Source: the human T2T-CHM13v2.0 reference genome, Homo sapiens
DNA length: 64,000 bases
Reading direction: 5' to 3' (one strand)
Assembly: GCF_009914755.1 (NCBI RefSeq)
Contig: NC_060938.1
Under the pieces are notes generated by a model. That model ran no database searches. It worked only from the letters and a program-made list of their open reading frames with translations, and was not told where the DNA came from. The position numbers and the translations under genes were made by a program. Below are positions 37,062-51,187 of this stretch, in pieces; the first letter of the stretch is position 1; every line of letters starts with the position of its first letter.

Positions 37062-37372
37062 AGTTTTTTGGGTTTTTTGTTTGTTTTTGAGATGGAGTCT
37101 TGCTTCTTTGCCCAGGCTGGAGTGTGATGGTGCGATCTTGGCTCACTGCAACCTCCGTCTCCTGGGTTCAAACAATTCTCCTGCCTCAGCTTCCCTAGCA
37201 GCTGGGATTATAGGCACATGACACCACGCGCGGCTAAATTTCTTTGTATTTTTAGTAGAGACGGGGTTTCACCATGTTGGCCAGGTTGGCCTCGAACTCC
37301 TGACCTCAAGTGATTTGCCCCCTCAGCCTCCCAAAGTGCTGGGATTACAGGCATGAGCCACTGCACCCAGCC
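37062..37372 (-). mobile_element. AluS
   Basis: Full dimer. Confidence 0.94.
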
Positions 37373-38278
37373 GAGTTTGTTTTGTGTTATTAAATTGGTA
37401 TAAAAGATTTTTGAAAAATTAAGTCAGTGATTAAAAATCAAGACTACAGTAGTCTCTCAATTTATTTTCTCTAACATGAAATGCTGACCCAGAAAAAAAT
37501 TAAGTAAAAACTGGTGGTCTATATTATCAAACTGTCAAATGAGGCATATTTATACTTCAATATCTTGGATGATATCAGGGGGAGGTAGGGAGTTTAAAAA
37601 AATAGTTCTTCCAGTCATGAAAGAAAATAAAGTATAATCTAGAATTCCTTAAAATCCTTCATTAGTCTAAATTAAACAGCCATATTCCAGAATATTAAAT
37701 ATAGAATATGAAGAAAAACTGTCATCTCCAGTCAATGAAGTTTTTTAACTTTTGAGTTAATACTTTTTCAAAGTAATTTTTTTCTCTTCAAAATGCATCA
37801 CACTACTTAACTCACTTCAAGGACTGGCAGAGCCATCAACCAATGTCATAGGGGAAAAAGCCTTGTCATTTTAAGGTATTAAACAGACAATGAAATCTGC
37901 CACAATTTTGGTATTTCTTCTCCATGAGAACATAATAAATTAATGGAGTTTTTTCTTTTGCTTTTTTCTAAGCAACAAAGTTTTATGATATCATGAATGA
38001 AAAGATCCTTAATTACCTTTTGGTCTACATGTCAAGGACTTCTCCCTCATAAAACCAGTAGTAATCACAACAAAAGGAATTAACCATAAAAAGAGGTATT
38101 AAAAATGTATACTTGATTTTTAAATGCAAGCATATTATTTCTTTACATTAAAATTTTTAGATTTAAAAAGCGTTTCTGGAAACTCAATCTAGAAAAGAAA
38201 GATTTAATTCTTAACATCCAGTAGGGCAAAACAAATCAGACCGAAATGATATATGAATGTAAATGTAATTTTATGTAC

Positions 38279-38397
38279 CACTTTGATGCTCCAAATTGCA
38301 CTGCTAGGAAGTGCCTGGGTTTAAAAATTTCCCGACCTCCTGAAATGTCTGGGGACCAGGAGGGTGGGCTCACTGTATTATGGGTACTCCAAGCCTC
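38279..38397 (-). pseudogene. KMT2C: KMT2C exon 15 copy with -1 frameshift
   Basis: EAWSTHNTVSPPSWSPDISGGREIFKPR, then a frameshift, then SAIWSIKV. 119 nt. Confidence 0.9.
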
Positions 38398-39649
38398 CTA
38401 AGATATGGCAGTTGAGAAAATAGATGTGTAAAACTCAGCAACATAAAAGGTCAAAGCCAGCAACTAAGGAATTTTAGGACAGCAAAAACAAATGCAAACG
38501 TATGGAAATTTAGGACAAATTGCTTCAAGGAAGGCAAAATAAGCTAATCACTAACAGTGATTTAAACATTTAACTATAACAAATAACTTAAATGTTTGCT
38601 GCTACAGAGACATCATTACAATGAAACATTAAAAATTAAGGTTTATATGACATCAACTTTGACTCATGAACTGCAATTACTGCACCAAAAAGTAAATAAA
38701 CGTCAATCACACTTTAAGAATTAACACTAGAAGAAAGTATTGGGGGGTTATTTTTCTTCTAACAACTATCACTCTACTTAAAAGGAGAAATGGATAACCA
38801 CAAGGAATTCTATATTCTATAGCTATAAACAACAAAAACCAGTAGGCCAAAGAATGCAATGAGAAACATAAGCAATCGATAAATGCATACACTTTTAACT
38901 GTAGAGAGCTGGTAACATTAAAATGCAAATACCATTATAATCTTAGCATTTAATCACTCTTTCTTCAGTGACCATTAGTTGTCGGTTTGGTTTCGGTTTT
39001 TACTTAGGGAAATGAATACTTTATGGAAATTACATCCAATGGACAAAAGTGAAGAAACGTTAAAGCAAATTGTCCTAAATTTGCAAATTAAAATGCCTAA
39101 AGTGCCTGATAAATTATGTAGAAAGTACTATCTTATTAAAATCTATATAACTAAAACTAAAGCATTTTACTTCTGAACAACCACATTCAGCAATACCCTG
39201 AACTAATCTGAAGATGCTAAACAGCATAAAGAAAAATGTTTACTCCACAAAGATAACATTTTAAAGAAAAACAAGACAAATGTCAAACAATAAAAGAATA
39301 TATTTTGAATTAGGTAATTCAATGGTGCATGCATAATTTTACCAATCAAGTAACCAAAACTTAAGGTACATAGTAGTTACCAGGTTTCTAGAATATCATC
39401 AAATTAACAAGTACTATCTCATTAATCACATAAAAATACCACCAGGAATTAAAATAACCAGAAATAAGAATGTGACTACTCTTGGGGTAAGAGATAGGTA
39501 ATTGAATAACAGTATTTTGAGAAAAGCCACACAAGCAATAAACTGGTTTCATTTTTAAGTCACAAACTCAACCCGCACACATTGAAGTCCAGCAATCCAA
39601 CTCATTCTCTCCAGCAAACACTTTATTTTTTCCCTTCCAGGATTACCCT

Positions 39650-41170
39650 CAGGTGTTCTTTCTTACCCATCAAATCTCTAACCTAGCTCAGGTAATCACT
39701 AGGCTGATTTCACTGAGCAGCAACCACTGCAGGTCAATTACCTCACTTTCATAATTTCCAATCAACTTGAATCTGTACCTATGTCTTCTTCCCTACTATT
39801 AGTAGGGAACTGTTGTCAAAAGCCATTTCTCTCTTCTCATTTTACTCATGCTCCTGACATCTGCCATACTGTTCTGCTGGATTTGGCAGCAGTCCACCTG
39901 TGGATATTTCACTGACTTCCTCGCTAATCTTTCTTCATCTCCTGTACGTGTTCTTCCTCTATTTGACTTCCAAAGCCCTGGAGTTTCCCAGGGCTTGAGC
40001 CTAGATCCTAAATGGTATTATCTACAATGAGGACATCTTGGAAGTTGATGCTTCCCACATTCTTATTTCTGGTTTTAATCAAAGATCTCCAAATTAGAAG
40101 GATTTTCAACTTCCTTCTTAGCATTTCCATTTTCTCACACAAAACCCCTCTTAAGTTTGCCATGTTTAAAATTTCTCCCTTAACCGGTTTCATCCCAGTC
40201 TTCCCCATCCTTATAAATGGCATCCAGTCCCTTGTCACTCTCCTCTGCTTCTTCAGTCCTCTCCCCCAACACTTCGTCAATGCAAATCATCAGCAAATTC
40301 AAGACTTTTTATCTTCAAGTTTTGTCTCCAATCCTTCTACTTCTTGTCACTTCCACCACTAGCAGCACACTCGTGGCCACCACCATCTCTCACCTAACCT
40401 GCTACAAGAGTCTACTGCTGGTTATGCTTCTCCCACCCTGCATCTACTCAAGCCTTTCCCCACAGCAGCCAGAGGAACTTTTCAAAAGTACAAATGTGAT
40501 CAAGCAAGTCACTATTCTATTTCAAACCTTCAATTGCTTCTCAGAGCACTTAAAATACAAACCTTTCCCAGTGCCTTTCTCTAACTCATCGTGTGGCACT
40601 TGTCTCCCTGCTGCTATGCTCCAGCTATTCTGGCTTCCTTGCTGTCCTTCAAACATGCCAAGCTCTGTATCAATCAGAGCCCAGCTGACTCACAACACTT
40701 CACTATACCATTCTGGCTCTTCAATAAATGTCTGGCATTTTCTTTCTTTCTTTTTTTTTTTGAGATGGAGTCTCACTCTGTCACCCAGGCTAGAGTGTGG
40801 TGGTGTGATCTCGGCTCACTGCAACCTCTATCTCCCAGGTTCAAGCAATTCTCCTGCCTCAAGCCTCCTGAGTAGCTGGGATTACAGGCATGCACCACCA
40901 GGCCCGGCTAATTTTTGTATTTTAGGAGCAATAACATGTTGGTCAGGCTGGTCTCAAACACCTGACCTTGTGATCCACCAGGCTTGGCATCCCAAAGTGC
41001 TGGGATTACAGATGTGATCCACCACGGCCAGCCATGTCTGGCATTTTCTAACCCTTCAGGGATGGCCTTACATATTTTCTCACCAGGAGACCTTTCCTTA
41101 GTGCTCCCAGTGAACCATCATCTCTCTTACCACACCATTAGTGCCTCTCATTGCATCACCACCTAGGACA
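39650..41170 (+). mobile_element. Degenerate L2 interrupted by an Alu
   Basis: C/T-rich L2-like sequence. Boundaries approximate. Confidence 0.55.
40744..41034 (-). mobile_element. AluS
   Basis: TSD atgtctggcattttct. Confidence 0.93.
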
Positions 41171-43040
41171 TTTTATTGTTTGTAATTTTATTTAGTGGTA
41201 GGCAGTGGGGCAAGAGATACCTAAATTACTTCTCTCAATATTTCCATTGGTTTTTCTCTGAGATTTGGCTAACATACATCTTAAATTCTTTTTAGTCAAT
41301 AGTTTAATATTATGTTGGCAGTAGACAGTTCTAAAAAATATGAGACAGAAAGTCATACTCTAAGATAAAAATAATGTTGAATAATTTTATTTCAGAAATA
41401 AGAATTTTCTGGTAATTATGTATTATTCATCATAATTTAAAAGTTAGCTTTGATGCCAAAATTTTATCTCACTTTGAAAAGACAGACTTTGTGTAATTTT
41501 ATAGTTCTGAAGAAAAATTATCATTATACTTAGATATTCTGACAAATTATCTAGTATATTCCTTAGACCTTAAAACTAAAATATAGCTATAATTATCAAA
41601 GTTTAAATTATCCTTCAGATCTTAGCTTTGATCAAGAATTTACACAAACCATTCAGAAAAGGTTACCTGCCCCTGTAATGTATGGGCTCTTCTCCTACAA
41701 TCCAGTTGCAGCACTTTTTACACTGTAATTAAAGATCATGCCCCTTTCTGTCCACTGCTACGTTAAGCACACTGTTCAGCACTTACTGAACTTTTTTTCT
41801 GCTGAGCATCTATTATCTTTTTTTGCATGTGTGTATGAATTCATCAACAAACAATGAGCTATGATATGAAACACACTAATGCCTCCACCAGTAATAACCT
41901 AGAATCTTGAATTTCTTCACTTAAAAAAAAGTTACTAAAAATTACTAAAAAATCTATATAATGCCTCCTTAATCTACAAACTGAATTAAAAGCAAAATAG
42001 TTCCTAATGTAATCATTATTAAGTTGTAAATAGAATCAACTTGCTATCAAATACTACAGAAACTAAAAAAACACTACCTGGCAGGGACTGAATTTGAACC
42101 CAAGAAAAATAATTTAACCCAAAAATAGTTTAATATCAGCATTAAGTTTCTTTCTGCTTTGAGGCCAATTTCTCAGGTAAACTGTCCAAGCTAGTAAGTT
42201 ATACAAGGACTGTGGGATGGGGAAATGAGAACAATAATGACAAGTTGAGGATAGGCTATTTAGAAGCAACTTTCTATTAAAAGTCAAATTCTATTGCTGA
42301 TTGTTAAATATGATCAAAGTCATTCTTACAGCCCAAGAGTACTATTAGTTTTAAAAGCAGCCATAGAAGGTTTGGTGTCTCAAAGGCAAACTTTACACCT
42401 CCAAATCTTAAATCAACCCCGGCACCACACTCTTCCAACATACTATGTAAAACCAAGGTTGCTTATAAACAGTAAGTCTAATTTAGGAAAAGTGAAAGCA
42501 ATGAAGACAGAGGGCAGAAAGGAAGATAACTGGTAAAAGAAACAAAAGAGTTTACAGTTTGTCTTTTTGGTAAATATAATCACTTGTATACACTGGAGCT
42601 ACAGCAGCAAACACTTCACTCTTTAGGGAATTCTTAAAAGAAGTCTCATATATAAAATTGAGTTCAATATCAAGTAGAACAAGAAATTAGACCCAATCCT
42701 GTTTTGATAACTACAGAAACAGCTATTACCAGCTTTAGCCTTCAATAATTTCACAATACAAATTAGGTAGTGCTAGCAACAGTAATGTCTCCAAAAATAC
42801 CACAACAAGCACAAGTGAACTAAAAGCAAATTCTGGTACTTCTAATCTGCTGTGTTGTTAGCTTGGTGTTCCAAAGGGGTAGATATTTTTTAGGTTTAAC
42901 ACTATGGTTCTCTGGCTACTTTTAAAACTGAAAGTACTCTTCTTATAATATAAAGTAAACTTCTAATAATTTGTCCAAGAGATATCAAAATACAGTACCT
43001 ATGTTTTCATTTATGAAATTTTCTTGAAATATTTACTGCA

Positions 43041-43348
43041 GTCTGGGCGTGGTGGCTCACCCCTGTAACCCCAGCACTTAGGGAGGACAAGGCGGGTGGA
43101 TCACCTGAGGTCAGGATTTCAAGACCAGCCTAACCAATATGGCGAAACACCATCTCTACTAAAAATATAAAAAAAATTAGCCAGGTGTGTTGACGTGCGC
43201 CTGTAGTCCCCGCTACTCAGGAAGCTGAGACAGGAGAACTGCTTGAGCAAGGCAGGCAGAGGCTGCAGTGAGCGAGGTCGTGCCACAACTCCAGCCTGGG
43301 TGACAGAGCAAGACTCAATCTCAAAGAAATAAATAAAAATAAAATAAA
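43041..43348 (+). mobile_element. AluS
   Basis: TSD gaaatat(t/c)tactgca. Confidence 0.93.
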
Positions 43349-43926
43349 GAAATATCTACTGCAAATAATACGTTTCATAAAATGCTTAATAAAAACTTTC
43401 AATACCACCATGAAAGCAATTAGAACATGAGGGTGTCTGAAGTAGATCATAGTAGTGTGATTACATTCAATATCTTTCTATAAGACGTGATGATACATAC
43501 AGGGTAAATCATACAAGAAGACCTAAGATTATTATCTCAGAATTTCCTAATTAGAATGGGAATACAATTGTGCAATGAGAGAAATGGACTGAAGACAGAA
43601 ATAAAAACAAATGTTATGATTTAATATGACAAATTTAAAATTTCCACTTTATTTTCCACCATTTTTAAAGAGCATTCCTTATAGTATTAATTTTAATGCA
43701 TTTTTAAAAATCAGTAAGACAAGTAGCACATTTCTCTAGTTCAGGACTCCACTTTCAGGGTTACAGTTAAAGATGATCCTAGAAGTGCATTTTAATTGGT
43801 CTAGGGTAAGGTCATTAGCTTGATGTTCTAAAATCTACTGAGTTGATTACAATATGTGTCAGTGTCAATAACCACTTTCTTAAACCCAGGTCGCAAAGCA
43901 CATATACCTATAGAAATGTTGAAAAT

Positions 43927-44065
43927 GGGCCAGGCGCTGTGGGGCTCACACCTGTAATCCCAGCACTCTGGGAGACCCGAGATGGGAGGATCACTTGAGG
44001 CCAGGACTTTGTAACCAGCCTGGTCTACACAGCAAGACACCCATCTCTATAAAAAAATAAAAAAT
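43927..44065 (+). mobile_element. FLAM/AluJ left monomer
   Basis: Single left arm with A-tail. Confidence 0.85.
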
Positions 44066-44859
44066 ATTTTTAAATGCTGAAAAATGAAATACTAAATTAT
44101 TTATGAATATATAACTTCAATAAAAGATGAGAAAATACAACTAGGTCATTAGGACAATTTGTATGAAACAATATCCAATTTGCTGTCTGTTACTTCTACC
44201 TTATCATGTCTAATTTTTCCTCATCTTTGTGAAATCCTGCATCTACAATAGGCAAAAAAACAAAAAACAAAAGGAATCTTATTCTATTCACAGCCATCAG
44301 AAAAATGTGTTACTATTCCTGTAGTCAGTTAGGTTCTAAATCATACATTTGAGATATATCTCAAACATGTCATAAAGAAAATAAGCATCATATTTCTAAC
44401 TAAATAGCACCTGAAATATTCCATATGAAAGGAAAAATACAAAAAACTAAACTTTTAATTACTAACCTCCTTAAAGGAAAATAATTCTATATGATTTGAT
44501 ATTTCATAATGGATGTCCAATACCTGAGATATAAATTCCATTTTCTGTGTCTTAACATCTCACCTTCAGAAAATCTCCAATATTGGGTTATTTGGATTAT
44601 ATATTTAAAACTGAATATACTTGAAGATGTGAATGATTTGTTGCTGCAACAAATGGTTTAGCAATTATCTGCATTAAAATGTGTTCCATGAACAACAGAA
44701 AAAGAATATTTCTACTTCAGTCCTTAAAAATTGTGAAAGCACAGCCACAGTCTTAGTTTGTCGATCTTGAATTCTTCTGGTATTTTAATTTCACCAATAA
44801 TTCTGGAACTGCTGTTTTTGTATTTCTCAAAATGTTTTGTCTTGCATCGTGCAATAAGG

Positions 44860-45090
44860 CAGCCACCATCATATGTGACCACCGAGCACTTCTAATGCAG
44901 CTAGCCAGAACTGATGTTTTAAGTATAAAGCATCTTGTTCACTTTTATACTAAATGCTGAAATATTGTTTTGAATATACCAGGTTAAATAAAATATATTA
45001 AAATTTATTTCACCTTTTTTTTTAAGTGTAACTACTAGAAAATTTAAAATTACACATATGGTCTGCATCATATTTCTATTAGACAGCACT
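44860..45090. mobile_element. MER3/MER33-like hAT element
   Basis: tcatatttctattagacagcactg terminus. Confidence 0.6.
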
Positions 45091-47409
45091 GGCTCACCGT
45101 TCTACTGGTTGGCTAGCTTGTACCTCCAGATAACATCTGATAATCCAATCACTAGCTATCACAAACTAGATCTTTCAGATGTTTCCTATTAAAATGTTTG
45201 TTTAATTTTGAAGTGAATTCCTAGAAAAGCTCATATAATACTATTATAGAAAATCATTAAAATCAACTTAATAATTTGCCCACCATGAAACAGAACTTAA
45301 GGTAAATCTACATTTCTTTGGTTAGTATTTACTGTACTGGTAAAGACCAAAGAATTGGTAATGTTCAACAAAATATGAAAATGCCAGTGACTTTAACAAA
45401 AAAATAGCTGGAAACCAAAGAATCTTGCTTACATCACAATCACAGCTAGGAAAATGCAGCTTATTTTACAGCCGGTCCCCGATGTGAAGAATATGTAGAA
45501 ACAACAGTAAATAAAAAAGGAAGTATAATATGGAAATGCCTAATATCAAAGAAATTCATGTAACAGAATACTGAACTTCAGTATTTCTAATATACATATA
45601 TACACATTCCTGCTAACTGTAGAATATTTCCTGCAAGTTATGGTCCCAGTGCCTCACCAATGGAAGATCTATCTTGTACTATTCAATTCATACTCTCCCT
45701 AATAACAGCACTATATTAGCAGGTTCATCATCAAGTGAAGGCTGTTTGCTAGATAACTAAAACCAAGATTGGAAAACTAAAAAGCTGGAGGGAGGGAAAA
45801 CACAGCCTACAAAATGCTTACAAGATTAGCAGCAATTGATGAAGTAGTAACAAGAGGGGCAGAAAAACAGAAAGATTATCATCGGATTTGGGAATTCAAA
45901 GGCAGCTCAACAAAATACTAGGACATGGCTCATATAAGATGGAATAAGCCTGGAAATACACCCCCCTCCCCAATATTTCAGAACATAAAGTCTACAGAAA
46001 GAGAGTCCTAATGTATTGAACCTGGTTTCTCAATTGAAACAAAAGTCTTCAAGGAAGGAGAGATACTCAAAATTTAACAGGAATATATATGAAGCAGTAT
46101 CTTTAAAGAATGTAAATATATCAACCAAAAGTAAACTTGAGATTCAAATTTCCATTGCTAAAGTATTTTCAGTTAGAATGACATAATTATTATATAACTA
46201 CTCAAAACAAAACAAAACTTACTGGAAAAAAGAACAACTGGTTTGAGAAGAAAAACTTTTCATGGTAGAGCAGAAATAACTGTCAAAGAGAAAATACTTA
46301 GAAAAAGTCATATATAAAGAGTGGCCTAGTTTTACTGCACACGTCTTTGCCATGCAGAAACAGCTAAATCCCATCTGACAACTACTTTCCCTTTCGTGTA
46401 CCTTGTCTTTAGAGAATAAAATATATCTGGGTTTGATATAGAGGAGACTAATTTTCACATTAAAAATGATTTTCTTAAAAGCCTGGCCTTACAGTTTAAA
46501 AATTATACGATTAAAATCAAGATATTATTCCTATAAAAAGCCAAACTTTAATCCATTTAAATCATGAAACTTAAAACTTCACTTGAAGCAATTTCAATCA
46601 TGAAACTTAAAACTCCAAATTACTATTGTGAATTAACACTTCTCCACTATTTATCTTGCAATTTTAAAAAACACTTCAGAAAGTAGCAAATTTGTAAAAC
46701 AATAAATAATTTGTACCTATAGTATCCTCATTTTGCCATGCAGTTTTACTTAAATCTCACTTAGAAATGGAACTCATTCTTAAAGGGTAGAATGTACATG
46801 ATGTAAAGCAGACACAGGAAGATTTATCTTTACTTACTGAGAATCAATAGTACAATTCTAAGATTTTTTCCATGAAACTACTGAAATAAGTCCTACTTGA
46901 AAAAAGAAATCCCACAAGAGTTAGCAATTAATAAAAACACCAAAATGAGAAATTCCCCAGCATGGAAAATTCCTGTCATAAATGTTGATGTTTATCCAGT
47001 TAAAAATATATACAATGAATAATATCAATAAATAAATATATTAGAAGGAAATAATAGATGTTAGTTACTGTACACCCAAAACTATACTGTATTTTAGGCT
47101 CTATATTTACTGCAGCACAGAACTAAAAGAATTTTAAAGCTCTTTCTATTAGAAACTATTATCAATAGGTTGCATCTTTATGGCCCAGCTGAGTTGAAAT
47201 TCCAAATAAGATCCCTTCAAATTTAATAAATGGCATTCTTCATTAACAGCATTTAAAAAATAATGGCTGAAACATATAATCAACATTACACTGAAGTTCT
47301 ATCTGAAGACAGAAAAAGTTGCCATCCACACCAAAGCTACACATATACCTTCTGATTTTATAGAATTGTTCCAATATCTTTTCTGTCAATATCATTAAAA
47401 TCACCCTAC

Positions 47410-48128
47410 CTGTTTGGACCGAGGTCTACTAGGAGAAAATTTTCTCTTAGTAATAGCTGGTTTACCCATGCCAATTTTTGGAGTGACTGAGATGTAAGTT
47501 GTTGGCATGATGTTTCCAGCAGAGGAACTAAGAGCTGAAGGGTAATTATGCAGCATGTCATGTGAAGGCAAGTCTGAAGAAGGTGTTGGTGAGGAAGACA
47601 CATCTGCCTTGCTTATGTCTGCTGATAATGAAAATGATGACTCTGTCTCAGATGATAACTTTATAGATTTGCCTCCTTGGTATGAAACATCTTTCACACA
47701 ACCCTCAATTGTAGGAGTCATTTCAGAGTCCATCAATCCAGTAGAAAGTTCAGAATCTTCTTTCTGTTCCTTTTCTCCTTGTAGCCTTTCTATAACCAAC
47801 TGTTCCTCAGGACATAATGAAGTGCTTTCCTCATGTGGGGACACTAAGGTTTCTAGTGGAAGAGTGACAGATTCAATGACAAATTTTGGAGGCCTTGATT
47901 CTTCTTTGGATACCACTGTTTTAGGTTCCTCTAACAACTGCAGTTGCTCTTGCTGCACAGTGATCTGGTGTGTAACGACTTCAATGTTTTCTGTCACTTC
48001 CATTTTATCTTCAATTTGATCTTCGCCACAAATATGCTTCACTTCAGAAGACATTTTCATTTCTTCACTATCAGTCTCATTAGAAATCTGTTTTTCCAAT
48101 TCGGTATTCACTGTATGTTGGCATGATA
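47410..48128 (-). pseudogene. KMT2C: KMT2C exon 14 copy (719 nt, open frame, acceptor AG>AA)
   Basis: ORF 47401-48204 contains QHTVNTELEKQISNE...AITKRKFSPSRPRSKQ. Donor GTAGGG. Confidence 0.95.
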
Positions 48129-48837
48129 TTACAAAATTCAGAACATTTGTTATGGTAATGTACAAACAAATTTTAAATTTTCTAACTATAGATATATAAA
48201 ACATTTGGCTACACTAGAACTTAAATCAGAAGGTATTCATCAAAGCAGACGATTATTAAGTGAATGAAAGCCAAAGTACACAAGGATTTATGGATTAGAA
48301 TCAGCCACACACCAGAAAACCTAATGAAAACATGTTTTACAACACAAGTACTTCCAAATGGATTGAAAATTACACAGGAAAAGTTCTCATACTCATTTTT
48401 TAGTTAAGAAAATGAGGATCAATCATGTTATGTGAGGTACCTAAGTTAAAAAGTAAAGACTGATCTAGAATGTGTAGGCATTTTCTAATAGTAGATACCC
48501 AGATGCGACAAAGTTACTATAGACTCAAAAGCACAGACAGAAAAGATTTGCTAACCACCAATATTTATTTTGCTTAACCATACCTGCCAACCTAGCCAAA
48601 ATATTCTTTGGATATAATCGTTGTTCTTCATCATTGTCTGTAAATTAAAAGACTAATCTCAGGAAATCTATAAACTTAGATATCAGAAACATAGTCACCA
48701 GTAAATTTTAAATCAGGATACCAGTATGTTAAACCTTTAACTCAATCTCATCAAGGTAATTTTTAAGTTATAGTAAAAAGACACTGCTAGCCTCATTTAC
48801 AAATCAGTGACTAAAATTTATCTATTTATCTATGTTC

Positions 48838-49074
<237 letters not shown>

Positions 49075-49379
49075 TGAAATCTCATCTTCTTTCCCACTTT
49101 ATTGAAAGACTACAGGTAAGGATAAAAGAAAACTACCAAATAACAGATCTGATGGTACAAAATATTTTTAATCATGATATGCCCCTCCAAAAAAAAAAAA
49201 AAGGCTTTCAAGAGAAACTAACATACTTTAGATCCATTGTCAATTCTTTTCCAGAATCTCTTAACTAAAAGATGTAGTTACTGTAATGTATATACATACA
49301 GCAATTGCAAAAATGTCTTTGGGATAAAGACATTATCTTATAACTCAATCAAATTAGACAATATGAACATACTGCTTAC

Positions 49380-49404
49380 CAGCAATGAGAAGACTATCTG
49401 TGTC
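49380..49404 (-). pseudogene. KMT2C: 3' stump of KMT2C exon 13
   Basis: GACACAGATAGTCTTCTCATTGCTG|GTAAGC = DTDSLLIA, about 1.25 kb from exon 14. Upstream sequence switches to old L1. Confidence 0.82.
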
Positions 49405-49750
49405 CTCTATACCCTCAGTGTAGGGAAAAGCTTTCTGAATATGACTCAAAAATCCAGAAGCAAAAGAAGATTAATAAATCTAACTCCACAAAAAGAAACT
49501 TTTGCATGGCAAAAAAAAAATAATAAAAACAAAGTCAAAAGACACATAATACAGCCTGGATAACATGGTGAGACCCTATCTCTACAAAAGTAAAAAATTA
49601 GCTGGGCTTCGTGGTACACATAACTCCTAGCTAACTCGGGAGGCTGAGGCAGGAAGATTGCTTGAGCCCAGGTCAAGGCTACAGTGAACTATGACCATAC
49701 CAATGTACTATGGCCGGGGTGACAGGGTGAGACACTGTCTCACACAAATA

Positions 49751-49785
<35 letters not shown>

Positions 49786-50680
49786 AAGCTAGCAGAAAGT
49801 ATCTGCATCATGTAACACATATAAAGGCTTACATCCCTAACTTATAAAGAACTCTTAAATTTAGGGAAAAATGCCAAAATCTTCAATAACAGGCAAAACA
49901 CATAAACAGACAATTCATGAGAAGAAATAAAAACTGACCCTTAAACACATGAAAAAACGATCGACTTCACTCTTAGGATAAACAAAAATTAAAACTACAT
50001 TGATACACTACTTTTCACCCAGAAGACAGACAAACATTCAAAAGCTAAACAAGTCATCCTGTTAGCAAAGACGTAGGAAAAGTTCTCTCACACATCTCTG
50101 GTGGCAATGCAAAGTACCATAAGACCCAAAAAAGGGAATTTCACAGTATCTAACAAAGCTACATATGTGTACACTCCTGAGGCAATAATCCTAGGAATTT
50201 ACCCTACAGATTTGTCCCTGAGAATTCAAAAACACACATGCACAAAGCCAGGGAGTGTAAAATCATTTATAATGCAAAATATCATAAACTACTGAAATAC
50301 CAAAGCACAGGCCACTGGTTGAGTAACCGATAGCACAGATACACAATGGAGTGCTATGCAGCTGTTTAAAAGGAGAATGAGATCTCTTGAACTTGCCTAA
50401 CTTGCCTGGAAGTGATTTCCAGATTTTATTACATGAAAAAAGCAACATGCAAAAGAACATATACAACATGCTACCTTCACTGAAAGAGCAATATATCCTC
50501 TTATTCTTAGATGAAAAATAACAGGAGGTTTAAAACAGAAAACAATGAAGTTAGTTACTTCCAAGAGGCTGGGGGAAATGTGGTATAAGTAATAAACAAG
50601 AGACAGTGACAATTCTGAGCAAAATTTCATATAGTTTTGAAAGTATACTAATACCTTCTATATTTAAAAAATTAAATCAC
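49405..50680 (+). mobile_element. Old L1M 3' region with a truncated AluJ at 49552-49785
   Basis: Degenerate ORF2 C-terminus (ILGIYP) and 3' UTR. Confidence 0.7.
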
Positions 50681-50926
50681 TAAGAAAAAGGGGAATAAAA
50701 TCTATTACTGAGAGCAAACTGAAGCAGACTTGCTTTTTAGATTGAGCAACTGAATAAATGTGCTGTTCTACAACCCAGTATTTTTATTGTAGAAGAACAG
50801 ACATGCAAGAATGAAAAGGCAAAGAACTCAGTGGAGAAGGATAAGAACTGGAGGTGCTGGTATAAATTCATTATTTCTAAGTTATGTATATGTATATGAA
50901 TATTTATGTATATATACATAACGTGT

Positions 50927-51023
50927 AGAGGTGTTCAATCTTTTGGCTTTCCTGGACCACATTGAAAGAAGAATCGTCTTGGGCCACACACAAGATACAC
51001 TAACAGTAATGACAGCTGATGAG

Positions 51024-51082
<59 letters not shown>

Positions 51083-51187
51083 GAACACCTCATAATGTTT
51101 TAAGAAATTTTATGAATTTCTGTTGGGCCACATTCAAAGCCATCCTGGACCACATGTAGCCTGTGGGCCATGGGTTGGACAAACTTC
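50927..51187 (+). mobile_element. MER30 containing (AC)19 and poly-A (51026-51082)
   Basis: MER30 termini and body. Confidence 0.8.

Noticed and set aside
40217-41017. 266-aa ORF
   Set aside because: It is made of degenerate L2 plus an antisense Alu, with no protein-like character.
46560-46620. Short direct repeat aatcatgaaacttaaaact (2 copies)
   Set aside because: An ordinary local slippage duplication.
47555-48019. 154-aa plus-strand ORF
   Set aside because: It is the antisense shadow of KMT2C exon 14.
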